The notes under the pieces are model-generated. The model was not told where the DNA came from. It saw only the letters and a program-made list of their open reading frames with translations, and ran no database searches. A stretch of DNA of 64,000 nt, from contig JABLXA010000005.1 in NCBI GenBank assembly GCA_013178415.1, positions 71,369-135,368 of the forward strand, given 5' to 3'. Position 1 is the first letter of the stretch, and each line of letters begins with the position of its first letter. Source of the DNA: Bacillota bacterium. GTDB lineage: Bacteria > Bacillota > SHA-98 > Ch115. This document shows, in pieces, positions 20,726 through 31,597 of this stretch. The position numbers were made by a program, and so were the translations under genes.

Positions 20726-21655
20726 TCAAGTCCCTGGAACTCTCAATTTGGGCCCAACCAATCTGATCTCCGGCTGCAATGTCACACCAAAGCGCTTTCG
20801 CACGGTTTCTATGGCGAAAGACATTAATTCCAGGACATCTTGACAGGTGGCATTCCCCAGATTGACTATGAAGTTGGCATGTTTCTCTGAAATCTGAGCA
20901 CCGCCTATTCTGAAACCCTTGAGACCAGCCCAATCGATATACCTTCCGGCGCCGCCCTCGGTCGGGTTTTTAAAGACGCAGCCAGCGCTCGGATACTCGA
21001 TAGGCTGCTTCTCGCGCCTGATATCAGAGAGCCGTTTCATCTCCGCTTCGATTTCTTCCCTGATCCCTTTTTCCATCTGGAAGGTAGCTGATATGATCGT
21101 CTCATCGCTGTCCTGAAAACGGCTTCCTTTTGTGCGAAATCCAATGGAAGCGCGGTCCAGGATCAAGAAGTCACCTTTGGATGTGAGAACTTCGCATGAG
21201 ATAACCACATCTTGCATGAATTTCCCATAGGCCCCTGCATTCATAGAGATAGCCCCGCCAACGCTTCCGGGAATCCCTGAGGCAAACTCGAGCCCTGTCA
21301 GCGAATGCTCTGCCGCGATCCTACACAAATGAGGAAGGCCGACGCCAGCCTGAGCAATGATGCGAGTCCCCTGTACCTCGATACCATTCAAGAGGCCGCC
21401 AGTCCTTATGACGGCGCCCCTGATCCCATCATCAGAGACCAGCAGGTTCGTGCCATTCCCAAGAACCATGAAAGGCATACTAATGCTACTGAGATACAGG
21501 ATACACTTCTGGAGGTCGGCGACATCCTTGGGTTCGATGAATAGATCCGCGGGGCCTCCGATGCGGAATGATGTATGATCGGACATGGGCTCTGATGTGA
21601 TGACTTTGCCCCTGATCAATTTTCGTAGTTCCTGGGCTGCTGTTTCAAATTCCAC
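20726..21655 (-). CDS. murB: UDP-N-acetylmuramate dehydrogenase
   Basis: HTSFRIGGPAD, GNGTNLLV, GIPGSVGG..MNAGA, PSAGCVFKNP and KHANF motifs. Confidence 0.96.
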   Translation of the reverse strand: MEFETAAQELRKLIRGKVITSEPMSDHTSFRIGGPADLFIEPKDVADLQKCILYLSSISMPFMVLGNGTNLLVSDDGIRGAVIRTGGLLNGIEVQGTRIIAQAGVGLPHLCRIAAEHSLTGLEFASGIPGSVGGAISMNAGAYGKFMQDVVISCEVLTSKGDFLILDRASIGFRTKGSRFQDSDETIISATFQMEKGIREEIEAEMKRLSDIRREKQPIEYPSAGCVFKNPTEGGAGRYIDWAGLKGFRIGGAQISEKHANFIVNLGNATCQDVLELMSFAIETVRKRFGVTLQPEIRLVGPKLRVPGT

Positions 21656-23048
21656 TATGATTCCCCCGGACAGAGAATCGGTTCCTTTTTAGCATCTCAG
21701 CTAGACGAAGGCCCGCCTTCCATATATCTCCAGCACCCATGGTTACTACCAGATCTCCGGGTTTTACAATCTGAAGAATTTTTGAGATCAGATCTGAAAA
21801 ATTTGGAGAAAAAAAGACCTCCCGCTTCTCATATTCGCGTACGGCCTGAGCCAATCGTTCCCCCGATACCCCGGGTATTGGAGATTCTCCCGTGCCGTCA
21901 CTATAGATCTCGGTTATGAAGATCTTATCTGCATCCGAAAAAGCTCGAGCAAACTGGTACATCAAAAGCCCGGTCCTTGTGTAACGTTGGGGCTGGAAAA
22001 CGGCCAAGATCCGGCGATTGGCGCCATGTCTCAGAGCTGCCAGGGTAGCCATGATCTCCGTAGGATGATGAGCATAGTCGTCTACTATCATCACACCCCC
22101 AACTTCATCGATGAGCTGACATCTGCGCTTCGCTGCGCGGAAACCCTCAAGAGAGGATGCCACCTTTTTGAAATCGATGCCCAATTCCATCGAAACCGCT
22201 ATACATGCCAGGGCGTTAGATATATTATGCAATCCAGGCACATTGAGTGACACCGATCCAAGTTCCTGGCTTCCTCTCCTTACAGAGAACCTGGACCCAA
22301 ATCCAAGGGTGGATATGGAATCCGCCGTGAACTCGACCGGCTGCTTCAAGCCAAAAGAGACGATTCGCCGTGGGAGATCCTGCATGATCTCCCTCAACCT
22401 CGCATCGTCTGCGCACAGGACTGCACATCCATCCTGCGGTAGATTCAACAGGAACGTCCTAAATGCCTGTATGAGGGTCTCCACATTCCCGTAATAATCA
22501 AGATGATCGTTATCGACATTCGTTACCACCGCTATTGTAGGATACATCTTCAGGAAAGATCCGTAGGCCTCATCTGCTTCAACAACCATATAGCGACTTT
22601 TGCCGAAACGGGCTCCTATACCGAGGTTGCTGATTTCTGCGCCGATCAATGTGGTAGGGTCAAGTCCTGCATCTATCAAGACCGTGGCGATCATGGCGGT
22701 GGTAGTCGTCTTGCCATGGCTGCCAGTCACTGCTATCGAGAATCTGTCCTTCATGAGAGATCCCAGAAATTCCGCGCGGGACACGACTGGAATGCCGAGT
22801 TCCTTTGCCCTCACCACCTCCACATTGCCCTGGGAGACCGCATTGGTCACCACGACCAGATCAGCGTCACCGATGTTTCCTGCATTATGCCCTACTGCCA
22901 CTTTTGCGCCGAGTTTACCCAATTGCTGCAACCTGGGTGAATCCTTCATGTCCGACCCGGTAACCTCATACCCCATTTCAAGAAGGATCCGGGCCAGAGA
23001 ACTCATCCCGTATCCACCTATTCCAACAAAGTGAATCTTTCTGTGCAC
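21645..23048 (-). CDS. murC: UDP-N-acetylmuramate--L-alanine ligase
   Basis: HFVGIGGYGMS, GSHGKTTTT, EADE, DDYAHHPTE and FQPQRYTRT. GTG start at 23048 behind an SD. Confidence 0.96.
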   Translation of the reverse strand: MHRKIHFVGIGGYGMSSLARILLEMGYEVTGSDMKDSPRLQQLGKLGAKVAVGHNAGNIGDADLVVVTNAVSQGNVEVVRAKELGIPVVSRAEFLGSLMKDRFSIAVTGSHGKTTTTAMIATVLIDAGLDPTTLIGAEISNLGIGARFGKSRYMVVEADEAYGSFLKMYPTIAVVTNVDNDHLDYYGNVETLIQAFRTFLLNLPQDGCAVLCADDARLREIMQDLPRRIVSFGLKQPVEFTADSISTLGFGSRFSVRRGSQELGSVSLNVPGLHNISNALACIAVSMELGIDFKKVASSLEGFRAAKRRCQLIDEVGGVMIVDDYAHHPTEIMATLAALRHGANRRILAVFQPQRYTRTGLLMYQFARAFSDADKIFITEIYSDGTGESPIPGVSGERLAQAVREYEKREVFFSPNFSDLISKILQIVKPGDLVVTMGAGDIWKAGLRLAEMLKRNRFSVRGNHSGI

Positions 23049-23103
23049 GCGGCTCTCCCCTTCCCCTAAAACTAATGGAAACCGCCTCATGCCTTATGAC
23101 CTG

Positions 23104-23132
23104 ATTTTATGTTCAGGCCCCGGTCGGTATAT
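23104..23132 (-). promoter_or_regulatory. Putative sigmaE promoter upstream of murC
   Basis: Minus strand ATA-N16-CATAAAAT in the murG-murC gap. Confidence 0.5.
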
Positions 23133-23138
23133 CTCATC

Positions 23139-24299
23139 CTATGATCCCTTTTTCTGATGTGTGCTAGAAGACCGGGCGCGGCTTGTCCTGGAAATGATTT
23201 TCTCCACAGCATCCACTATCTGCCACACCGAATCCGGCCTGCCTATAGCCTTGCTGGCCGAGGCCATCCGGGAGAGCCTGGAGGGGTCCATAAAGAGGGA
23301 GACAATGGTTGATGCCAGGACCTCCCCTGAAAGCCTCTCCTGAGGGATTACGATAGCCGCCCCAGCCTTTTCGAGAACCTGGGCATTACGTTCTTGATGA
23401 GCGCCAGGCGCTCCTGCAAGCGGTATCAGTATAGCCGGAAGTCCCCGGGCAGTCACCTCTGCGACACTGCCCCCGGCGCGCATCACCACCAAATCCGCTG
23501 CGGCAAATGCAGATGGTATATCATACAAATACGGCGTCAGTACAATATCTCCACCAGGTCCTGCATTTATTCCCTTTTCCTGAAGCACTCCCTTCACCCG
23601 TTCAAAGTCCCTAGGCCCGGTTTGGTGGATTATCTGTATCCGGGGGATCTTGAGGATGTCAGGGTAAGCATCACATATGGCATTATTTATTGCTGCCGCG
23701 CCAAGGCTGCCTCCATAGACGAGGATCGTGGGGCGATCGGGTTTGAGGCCCAAAGATGATGCCCCATCTCCACGTTTCCGCAGGATGATCTCGGGCCTCA
23801 CCGGGTTCCCAACCACAAGGACCTTGCGCGGATCAGGGAAATAGCTTTTGGACTCCTCGAAGCTCGCGAACACCACCTTCGCGATACGCGATAAAACTCT
23901 GTTGGTAAATCCAGGCACTACATTCTGTTCCTGTATCACAACAGGAATTGACAACACCCTGGCTACCGGCAGCACCGGGCCACAGATATACCCTCCGGTG
24001 CCGATCACTATATCTGGGCGAAATCTCAAGAGAAGGCTTACGGCGCTTATTAAGCCCAGGGATGCCTTTCCCAGGGCCGCCAGAGACTTCGCCGACACAC
24101 GGCGTTCAAGCCCCATCATATCTATAGTGGTTATCTCAAATCCTTCTCTTGTCACGAGATCCCTGTCCGGCCCCCTGCGGGAACCGATGAAGTGTATCTC
24201 GGCATCTGGATGGCGAGATTTGATGGCTTTAGCGATGGTGAGAGCCGGGTATACATGCCCCCCGGTCCCCCCACCAGCAAATAGTATTCGCAAGGTCAT
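23139..24299 (-). CDS. murG: Undecaprenyldiphospho-muramoylpentapeptide GlcNAc transferase
   Basis: GGGTGGHVYP, GTGGY, QEQN..PG.TN, GNPVR, GGSLGA and HQERNA motifs. Confidence 0.96.
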   Translation of the reverse strand: MTLRILFAGGGTGGHVYPALTIAKAIKSRHPDAEIHFIGSRRGPDRDLVTREGFEITTIDMMGLERRVSAKSLAALGKASLGLISAVSLLLRFRPDIVIGTGGYICGPVLPVARVLSIPVVIQEQNVVPGFTNRVLSRIAKVVFASFEESKSYFPDPRKVLVVGNPVRPEIILRKRGDGASSLGLKPDRPTILVYGGSLGAAAINNAICDAYPDILKIPRIQIIHQTGPRDFERVKGVLQEKGINAGPGGDIVLTPYLYDIPSAFAAADLVVMRAGGSVAEVTARGLPAILIPLAGAPGAHQERNAQVLEKAGAAIVIPQERLSGEVLASTIVSLFMDPSRLSRMASASKAIGRPDSVWQIVDAVEKIISRTSRARSSSTHQKKGS

Positions 24300-25426
24300 G
24301 ACCTTCCCCTCACATATCGCGAGATATTGAGCAGAATTCCTATCGAAGACAGGGTCACTACCAGTGATGATCCCCCAAAGCTTATAAGGGGAAGAGGTAT
24401 CCCGGTGATCGGAAGTATCCCGGAGACTACCCCGATATTTATCACCGCCTGGAGGACCACCATCGATGTAATGGCTGTAGCCAGGAGGCTGGCAAAAGGA
24501 TCTGATGTAGCCAGGGCGACCCTGAACCCTCGCCAGGCGAAAATGAAAAACAGAATTACAACTGTCGCTGCGCCGACAAAGCCTAATTCCTCCCCGAGCA
24601 CGGCAAAGATAAAGTCGGTATGCTGTTCAGGCAGGTATAGAAACTTCTGCCTGCTACGTCCAAGGCCAAGACCGAATATTCCACCAGATCCCAAGGCAAG
24701 CAGTGATTGGATGATATGAAAACCTGATCTCAAGGGATCATCCCATGGATGAAGGAAGGCCAGAAATCTCCTCCTCCGATAGTCTTCGGCGAAGACAGCC
24801 GCGATAAATGCTGGAATCCCCACAATCCCAAGCCCGATCAGGTGACTTGTGCGTGCTCCGGCGACGAACAGCATGACCAGAGTGACTCCGGCGATGGAGG
24901 TGGCAGTTCCAAGGTCTGGTTCGAGCATTATCAGTCCGAAGACGATTCCAAGGAGCAACAGCACAGGGACTACCCCTTTGAGAAAGCTCTTTACTTCTTC
25001 GGGATCTCGGGAAAGATAAGATGATAAAAAAACCATCATGCCTACCTTTGCCAGTTCCGATGGCTGGAAAGTGAAGATCCCCCTCACCCCTAACCAGCGT
25101 CTCGATCCACTGATCATCAGGCCGACTCCGGGAATGAGCACCACTATCAAGAGAACCAATGTCACCACCAGTATAGGGGCGGCGAACCTCCTAAGAAGCC
25201 GGTAATCAATATGCATCATGAATATCATGGCGATTACCCCGATCACCGACCAGAGTAACTGGCGCTTCAGGAAATAATAAGAGTCACGATAGTATTCATA
25301 GGCCCTCACCGAACTTGCGGAAAAAACCATGACTACACCGATTCCCAGGAGGATAAGAGTAACCATGAAGAGTGTCAAATCGGGCGCAGCGCCAGGCGCG
25401 GCCACCCTATTCCGATGTCGCCTCAC
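24296..25426 (-). CDS. spoVE: SEDS peptidoglycan polymerase FtsW/SpoVE
   Basis: G..MVFSAS, RRW, FQPSELAK, EPDLGT, LPEQHTDFIF and P.TG..LPLISFGGSS motifs. Confidence 0.92.
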   Translation of the reverse strand: MRRHRNRVAAPGAAPDLTLFMVTLILLGIGVVMVFSASSVRAYEYYRDSYYFLKRQLLWSVIGVIAMIFMMHIDYRLLRRFAAPILVVTLVLLIVVLIPGVGLMISGSRRWLGVRGIFTFQPSELAKVGMMVFLSSYLSRDPEEVKSFLKGVVPVLLLLGIVFGLIMLEPDLGTATSIAGVTLVMLFVAGARTSHLIGLGIVGIPAFIAAVFAEDYRRRRFLAFLHPWDDPLRSGFHIIQSLLALGSGGIFGLGLGRSRQKFLYLPEQHTDFIFAVLGEELGFVGAATVVILFFIFAWRGFRVALATSDPFASLLATAITSMVVLQAVINIGVVSGILPITGIPLPLISFGGSSLVVTLSSIGILLNISRYVRGRS

Positions 25427-25431
25427 TCATC

Positions 25432-26406
25432 TCACCTCCCAAGGCCTTTCGTTGCAATGATCCCGAGGACGGCAAAAACTGCGGATATGATCCAAAAACG
25501 AACCACCACCTTCGGCTCGAGCCATCCCGATAGTTCAAAGTGGTGATGAATGGGGCTCATCTTGAAGATCCTTCTGCCTTTCGTCACCTTAAAGAATGCA
25601 ACCTGAATCATGACAGATAGGGCTTCAAGCACAAAGACGCCCCCCACAATAGCTAGCGCCAATTCTGTTTTCGAGAGAAGCGCGATGGCCCCAAAGGCGC
25701 CTCCCAATGCCAGAGATCCCGTGTCACCCATGAATACCTGAGCTGGATGGGCATTGAACCATGAAAAGCCCAGGCAAGCCCCCGCGATACTGGCAGCAAA
25801 CGCGGCGAGGCCTGTGTATCCCAAGGAATGGCATATTACCACGTAGGCCAGAGCTGCTATCGCAGAAGTGCCTGCAGCCAGTCCATCCAGACCATCTGTA
25901 AGATTCACGGCATTTGACGATCCTACGACTGCAAAAATGGCAAGAGGAATATAAAACCATCCGAGATCTATAGTCTGATTGATAAATGGTATCCAAATGG
26001 CAGAGCCAAGCTCAGGTCTGGAAAGACAGTAGAGAGAGAGTATGCCTGCCAGGAACACCTGGCTCGCCAGTTTCGCCCGTGCCCTGAGTCCCAGGGAACG
26101 ATGGGTAATGATAGCAAGGAAATCATCCGCCAGACCAATTATGCCAAATCCCAGAGTAATAAAGAGAGCCCAGAGCACGGATGTATCATCACGCGCCACA
26201 GCCAAAATGGCGGCAGCGATGCTGAATAGAATTATGACCCCGCCCATAGTAGGGATCCCTGATTTCTTCAGATGCTCTTTGGGGCCGTCAAGTCTTACAT
26301 TCTGGCCAAATTTGAGTATAGTAAGCCTCCTGATGACAGGAGGCCCCAGAAGTAGACTGATGATGAAAGCAATCGAGGCCGAGATGAGAGCCTTATCCAA
26401 TCTCAT
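25432..26406 (-). CDS. mraY: Phospho-N-acetylmuramoyl-pentapeptide transferase
   Basis: K.GIPTMGG, NAVNLTDGLDGL, FMGDTGSL and MSPIHHHFE motifs. Confidence 0.97.
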   Translation of the reverse strand: MRLDKALISASIAFIISLLLGPPVIRRLTILKFGQNVRLDGPKEHLKKSGIPTMGGVIILFSIAAAILAVARDDTSVLWALFITLGFGIIGLADDFLAIITHRSLGLRARAKLASQVFLAGILSLYCLSRPELGSAIWIPFINQTIDLGWFYIPLAIFAVVGSSNAVNLTDGLDGLAAGTSAIAALAYVVICHSLGYTGLAAFAASIAGACLGFSWFNAHPAQVFMGDTGSLALGGAFGAIALLSKTELALAIVGGVFVLEALSVMIQVAFFKVTKGRRIFKMSPIHHHFELSGWLEPKVVVRFWIISAVFAVLGIIATKGLGR

Positions 26407-27853
26407 CGCCGCCCTTCAGATACCGTATTACGCTATCCGCTACCTCGTCTAGATGGAGCTTCCGTGATGCCTTTACAAGGACTACATCCCCGGGCTCCAG
26501 GATCCTGATAAGCATCGACGCAGCATCAGACGGCACATCGAAGGAATAGGCATTCCCAGAGAAAGCAGGAAATTCGCCAGACTTCATCGCGTCCGTATAC
26601 CCCTGGGCCATTCCGCGCCCTCGCTCCCCAACTGTTATGAGCACATCCACCCGCAGCTCGGCCGCCAGACGTCCTGCCTCAATGTGGGCCATTTCGCTTG
26701 CCGCGCCAAGCTCGAGCATGTCCCCCAAGACCGCGATCCTCCTCCTGCCCTTCCCAAACTCCGCTTGAGTTTTCAGGGCAGCCTCCAGCGACGCGGGGCT
26801 CGAATTATATGCGTCATTAATGATCATGATGTTCCGAGGAAGCTCGGTGATCTCCATCCTCATCTTGCTAGGAAGGAAATTCATGAGCCCCTCCTCGACC
26901 TCCTGAGCGCCAAACCCTAGGGCAAAGGCTGCAGCTGCCGCTGCTAACGCATTCACAACATTGTGGACTCCCGGCATAGGTATTCTAAACCTCCCGGACC
27001 AGAGAGGAGTGACAAATGTGGCTATGCTCCCCGCCTTCCCCGCGCTTTGAACATCCTTCGCTCTTATATCAGCCATTTCACTCATTCCATAAGACAGGAC
27101 CCTCGCTGCCGTGCGATTTCGCATGGCAAGGACCCTGGGGTCATCGGCATTTAGTATGGCAAATCCATCGTGGGGCAAGGATTCCACAAGCTCTGATTTC
27201 GCCCTTGCGATATTCTCTATGCTTCCAAGGAGTTCTAAATGCGTCAAACCGACATTAGTCACAACCCCAACCTTGGGGCATGCGATCTCCGCCAGCGCCC
27301 GGATTTCACCAAGTCCCCGCATTCCCATCTCCACCACGCAGCAATCCGTTGCCCTATCGAGACGAAGGAGTGTGAGAGGCAGCCCGATTTCATTGTTGAA
27401 ATTGGCCTCGTTCTTGATCACGTTGAATCTTGTGCCGAGAATGGCTGCGATCATGTCCTTCGTCGTGGTCTTTCCAGTGCTTCCCGTAACGCCGATAGTG
27501 AGGATATCAAGCTGTTTCCTTATATATTGGGCCAGAAGCTGAAGAGCCTTAAGAGTATCCGAGACCCGAATCATACATGGGCCGGCCGTAGAAGCCCCCA
27601 CCCCGATATATTGACCCATTCCGGGGATATCCTGAAGCTCGCGGGAGATTACTGCCCCAGAAGCTCCCCTTTGGAGCGCGCTATGGACATAATCATGCCC
27701 ATCATGCTTCTCACCGCGAAGGGCAAAGAAAAGATCCCCACATCTCAGCGTACGAGAATCTATGGAGACACCCTTGATTTGCCCCTCCATATCTCCAGAT
27801 ATGAGCCTACCATTGACTGCATCCAGCAGCTGCGAAATAGTGATCTCCAGCAT
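26393..27853 (-). CDS. murF: UDP-MurNAc-tripeptide--D-Ala-D-Ala ligase
   Basis: DSR, GVTGSTGKTTTK, NNEIGLP, EMGM, NDAYNSSP, LGDMLELG and VKASR motifs. Confidence 0.96.
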   Translation of the reverse strand: MLEITISQLLDAVNGRLISGDMEGQIKGVSIDSRTLRCGDLFFALRGEKHDGHDYVHSALQRGASGAVISRELQDIPGMGQYIGVGASTAGPCMIRVSDTLKALQLLAQYIRKQLDILTIGVTGSTGKTTTKDMIAAILGTRFNVIKNEANFNNEIGLPLTLLRLDRATDCCVVEMGMRGLGEIRALAEIACPKVGVVTNVGLTHLELLGSIENIARAKSELVESLPHDGFAILNADDPRVLAMRNRTAARVLSYGMSEMADIRAKDVQSAGKAGSIATFVTPLWSGRFRIPMPGVHNVVNALAAAAAAFALGFGAQEVEEGLMNFLPSKMRMEITELPRNIMIINDAYNSSPASLEAALKTQAEFGKGRRRIAVLGDMLELGAASEMAHIEAGRLAAELRVDVLITVGERGRGMAQGYTDAMKSGEFPAFSGNAYSFDVPSDAASMLIRILEPGDVVLVKASRKLHLDEVADSVIRYLKGGDEIG

Positions 27854-27916
27854 AGCACGTGAGCTGCCTCAAACCCTTCCTGTATCTTCCCAGGTTCGCG
27901 GGTCATCCAGCGGAAC

Positions 27917-29410
27917 TCAGACCCTCCCCTCCTGCAATATCTCTCTGGCAACCAATCGATCATCAAAGTCAATGGTGCGATCCCGGAAGATCTGGTAGGT
28001 TTCATGTCCTTTACCGGCGATGATAACCGTATCCCGGGCCGCTGCCAGGCCGATGGCCCTCCGGATGGCTTCTTTCCTATCCAGGATGATCTCATAATCT
28101 TCAGGGCTCTTTCCTGCAGAGACTACGCCAATCTCTATCTCTTTCGCAATTGCCTCCGGGTTCTCGCTTCGGGGGTTGTCTGAGGTTATGACAATATGAT
28201 CCGCCAGGCGGGACGCTATTGCTCCCATTATTGGGCGCTTCCCCCTATCACGGTCCCCCCCGCAGCCAAAGACGACGATTACCTTTCCTCTCGTAAACTC
28301 CCTGGCCGATCTCAAGATATTCTCCAATCCATCAGGAGTATGAGCATAATCAACTATCACGGTGAAATCCTGGCCGTTATCCACTGTTTCGAAACGACCG
28401 GGAACGCCGGCAGCCCCGTGGAGACCCTTTTCTATATCAGCCAACGGGATTCCCAATGTGACCCCCGATGCCACCGCGGCAAGGGAATTATAGACATTGA
28501 AACGCCCGGCCAGTTTCATATCTATCTGTACCTGGCCCTGAGCCGTCTTTGCCTTATAGGATAGCCCATGCATGGACAATCTCACATCTTCAGCCACCAC
28601 ATCCGCTGATCTTTCCAGGCCATATGTCACCACAGGAACGGTCGCGCGCTTCATGATAGTATCACTGTTAGGATCATCGACATTGACGATAGCATATTTC
28701 TTTCCGGACTTGCTGCCCTCCTGGGTTCCGAGATCTTGAAAGAACCTGGCCTTAGCATCGAGATAATTCTCGAATGTGCCATGGAAGTCCAGATGATCTT
28801 GAGTGATGTTGGTGAAGACGCCGATATCGAAGTCCAGGCCTCGTATTCGCTCCAGGACTATTGAATGCGAGGAAACCTCCATCACAGCATGGCTGATCCC
28901 GAGATCCAGCATCCGCCGGAGAAGGGCCTGGAGGTCTGAAGACTCCGGTGTCGTATGGATGGCCTTTTCTACTCTATCTCCCAGCATATTGTGTATGGTG
29001 CCTATCAATCCAGTGGGGTGGCCACCTGCTTCAATAATGGCTTTGATAAGATGCGTGGTAGTAGTCTTGCCATTGGTCCCGGTAACACCGATGAGTTTCA
29101 TTTTGCTAGAAGGATTATCCCAAAAGGACGCAGATAGATCAGCCAGGGCCTTCCGGGAATCCCCGACCTTGACCACCGTGACTGATTCGGGGACTGAAAC
29201 GTCCCGCTGGACCGCTACTGCAACCGCCCCCCGGCCTACCGCCTGGTCGACAAAATCATGCCCATCACGCTTTTCCCCGGGGATGGCCACAAATAGGTAG
29301 CCCTGCTCGACTCTACGTGAATCATATGTTATTCCCTGGATGGGCACATCCTTGTCCCCGGATACATGGACCACATCTGCATTCCCCAGTATCTCATGCA
29401 AGAGTTTCAT
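27917..29410 (-). CDS. murE: UDP-MurNAc-L-Ala-D-Glu--meso-DAP ligase
   Basis: GVTGTNGKTTT, TTPES, MEVSSH, DYAHTPD, GCGGDRD, DNPR (DAP specificity) and AGKGHE. Start moved to ATG 29410. Confidence 0.96.
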   Translation of the reverse strand: MKLLHEILGNADVVHVSGDKDVPIQGITYDSRRVEQGYLFVAIPGEKRDGHDFVDQAVGRGAVAVAVQRDVSVPESVTVVKVGDSRKALADLSASFWDNPSSKMKLIGVTGTNGKTTTTHLIKAIIEAGGHPTGLIGTIHNMLGDRVEKAIHTTPESSDLQALLRRMLDLGISHAVMEVSSHSIVLERIRGLDFDIGVFTNITQDHLDFHGTFENYLDAKARFFQDLGTQEGSKSGKKYAIVNVDDPNSDTIMKRATVPVVTYGLERSADVVAEDVRLSMHGLSYKAKTAQGQVQIDMKLAGRFNVYNSLAAVASGVTLGIPLADIEKGLHGAAGVPGRFETVDNGQDFTVIVDYAHTPDGLENILRSAREFTRGKVIVVFGCGGDRDRGKRPIMGAIASRLADHIVITSDNPRSENPEAIAKEIEIGVVSAGKSPEDYEIILDRKEAIRRAIGLAAARDTVIIAGKGHETYQIFRDRTIDFDDRLVAREILQEGRV

Positions 29411-29424
29411 AGTCACGACGCTTC

Positions 29425-31521
29425 TCAATCTCCTTCCTGAAAATATGCGCGTATCGTCGATTTTCGGGGAACCATGACCCCAGGGACAGGATCTTGTCGT
29501 TGGCACCAGCCGGCACCCTCAGGCTGGACCCGGAGATCAGAGCTACCGGCAACAATTATGGCTGAACGCATGTCGAGCCCCTTGAGATCCGGCACCTTGA
29601 CCTCCTGGTTCTCCTTATCATTATATGGTAGAGCGTCATTGAAATAAAGAATGATACAGGTTTTTTCTGCCACCTTCACTCCAGGTTTGGGAACTTGCTC
29701 TGCCACTATCTCTCCTTCGCCTTCCGTGCGCACGAGGAATCCTTTAGAGGTAAGGACCTCCTTGGCTTCATTGAAGGTCAATCCGCGCACATTGGGCACC
29801 TCAACTTGCTCCTGTTCTTTCCCTTCATCTTCTTTGACGATCGCCGCTGGAACCTTCAAATATCTCAGGGAGTCCTCGACTATGCTCTTGAAAACAGGGG
29901 CAGCTATTACACCGCCATAGGATATTCCACAATCGGGTTCATCGAGGACCACCAACACGGCTATTCTCGGGTCGTCCACCGGAGCGAATCCCAGGAACGA
30001 TGATATTCTTTTTTCACCATAGCGCCCCGCCTCAGGCTTCTCCGCCGTCCCAGTCTTGCCTGCCACCCTGTAACCCTTAATCTGCGCACGGGTGCCAGAC
30101 CCATTTACTACCACCGACTCCAATATCACCGAGAGTTCCTTAGCGGTCTCCGGACTTATAACCTGGCGAACGGGCACAGGCTGAAATTCCTTTACCAGAT
30201 CTCCATTCGAATCTACTATCTTTTGAACCAAATACGGCCGCATGAGCATCCCGTTGTTAGCAATGGTGCACAGCGCGCTTAGCAATTGAAGAGGTGTTAC
30301 AGAAATGCCCTGGCCAAAGGAAATATTTGCAATCTCTACAAGACCTACCTTCTTTTCCTGTTGTAGCATACCCGAAGCTTCGCCGGGAAAATCCACATTC
30401 GTTCTCTCTCCGAATCCAAAAGCGCGAATATACTGGTAAAATTTCTCCTTCCCCAGCTTAAGTCCTATGCTGGCAAATACGGGGTTGCAGGAGTTCTCAG
30501 TGGCTTCGACGAAAGTCTGGCTTCCATGGCCACCAGCCAGCCAACACCTGACATACCTATCTTCCACCTTTATGTAACCTGGATCGAAAAACGGCGTTTC
30601 GGGACGGACCACTCCCTCATTAAGGGCCGCAGCTGCCGTTACGATCTTGAATGTAGAGCCGGGCTCATATGCATCAGTCAAGGCTATATTACGGCGATTG
30701 ACTGCCGGGTAATCAGAGTATCTATTGGGGTCATATGTGGGCCTGCTGGCCATTGCTAGGATTCCGCCGGTCTTGGGATCCATCGCAATGATTATGCCTC
30801 TCTTTGACTTTGTTTCCTTCATGGCCCTATCCAATTCACGCTCGGTTATATATTGTATGACTTCATCTATCGTCAGGTAAATATCACAACCATCAACTGG
30901 AGGAACAAATCTATGGATCCCTCCGGGGATTTCTCGGCCAGTGGCATCGCGTTCAGCCTCTATCTCGCCTCTCTTCCCCGAGAGGTATCTGTCATATTCC
31001 AATTCCAGCCCTTCCAGGCCCTGGTTATCAATGCCTGCAATACCCAGGACATGGGCGCACAGGCTTCCTTTGGGGTAAAATCGCTGCCCCTTTTCTGTAA
31101 ATCCAATGCCCGGAAGCTCTAGTTGTTTCACTGCATGAGCCTTGTCCTCATCTACCTTACGTTCAATCCAGACGGTAGCCTGTTTCCGGGTGAGCTTATC
31201 GAGGATCTCCGCCCGTGGTAGCCCAAGGGCTCTTGAGAGAGCCTCAGCTGCGGCATCGGGATTCTTCACCTCTGCAGGCACCGCATATATGGAATCAGCG
31301 CTGACGCTGACCGCCAGCTCGCGTCCGTGACGGTCGCGAATAGTCCCTCTCCGCGCGTCAACAGGCACAGGGTAAAGCCTTTGGTCGAGGGCAAGGCCCT
31401 TGAAATGGTCATATTGTATGACCTGTACATAAAACAGACGTCCCTCCAATATCGCCATGAAAAGGACGACCCCTAGAAATAAATAGGCTGTACGCCTTCG
31501 CATCAACAAGGTCGTGTACAT
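29425..31521 (-). CDS. spoVD: Class B PBP, SpoVD/FtsI type, with two PASTA domains
   Basis: TM, RG.I.DR.G, R.YP.G, EPGSTFK (SxxK), SCN, KTGT and two C-terminal VP PASTA repeats. It is the only bPBP in the dcw cluster. Confidence 0.9.
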   Translation of the reverse strand: MYTTLLMRRRTAYLFLGVVLFMAILEGRLFYVQVIQYDHFKGLALDQRLYPVPVDARRGTIRDRHGRELAVSVSADSIYAVPAEVKNPDAAAEALSRALGLPRAEILDKLTRKQATVWIERKVDEDKAHAVKQLELPGIGFTEKGQRFYPKGSLCAHVLGIAGIDNQGLEGLELEYDRYLSGKRGEIEAERDATGREIPGGIHRFVPPVDGCDIYLTIDEVIQYITERELDRAMKETKSKRGIIIAMDPKTGGILAMASRPTYDPNRYSDYPAVNRRNIALTDAYEPGSTFKIVTAAAALNEGVVRPETPFFDPGYIKVEDRYVRCWLAGGHGSQTFVEATENSCNPVFASIGLKLGKEKFYQYIRAFGFGERTNVDFPGEASGMLQQEKKVGLVEIANISFGQGISVTPLQLLSALCTIANNGMLMRPYLVQKIVDSNGDLVKEFQPVPVRQVISPETAKELSVILESVVVNGSGTRAQIKGYRVAGKTGTAEKPEAGRYGEKRISSFLGFAPVDDPRIAVLVVLDEPDCGISYGGVIAAPVFKSIVEDSLRYLKVPAAIVKEDEGKEQEQVEVPNVRGLTFNEAKEVLTSKGFLVRTEGEGEIVAEQVPKPGVKVAEKTCIILYFNDALPYNDKENQEVKVPDLKGLDMRSAIIVAGSSDLRVQPEGAGWCQRQDPVPGVMVPRKSTIRAYFQEGD

Positions 31522-31597
31522 GATAACCCCACCCACTTCGAGAGTCCATGAGGGCGGAAGATTCTCCATAGGTCAATGCTCCGCCGCGCTCCCGGCA

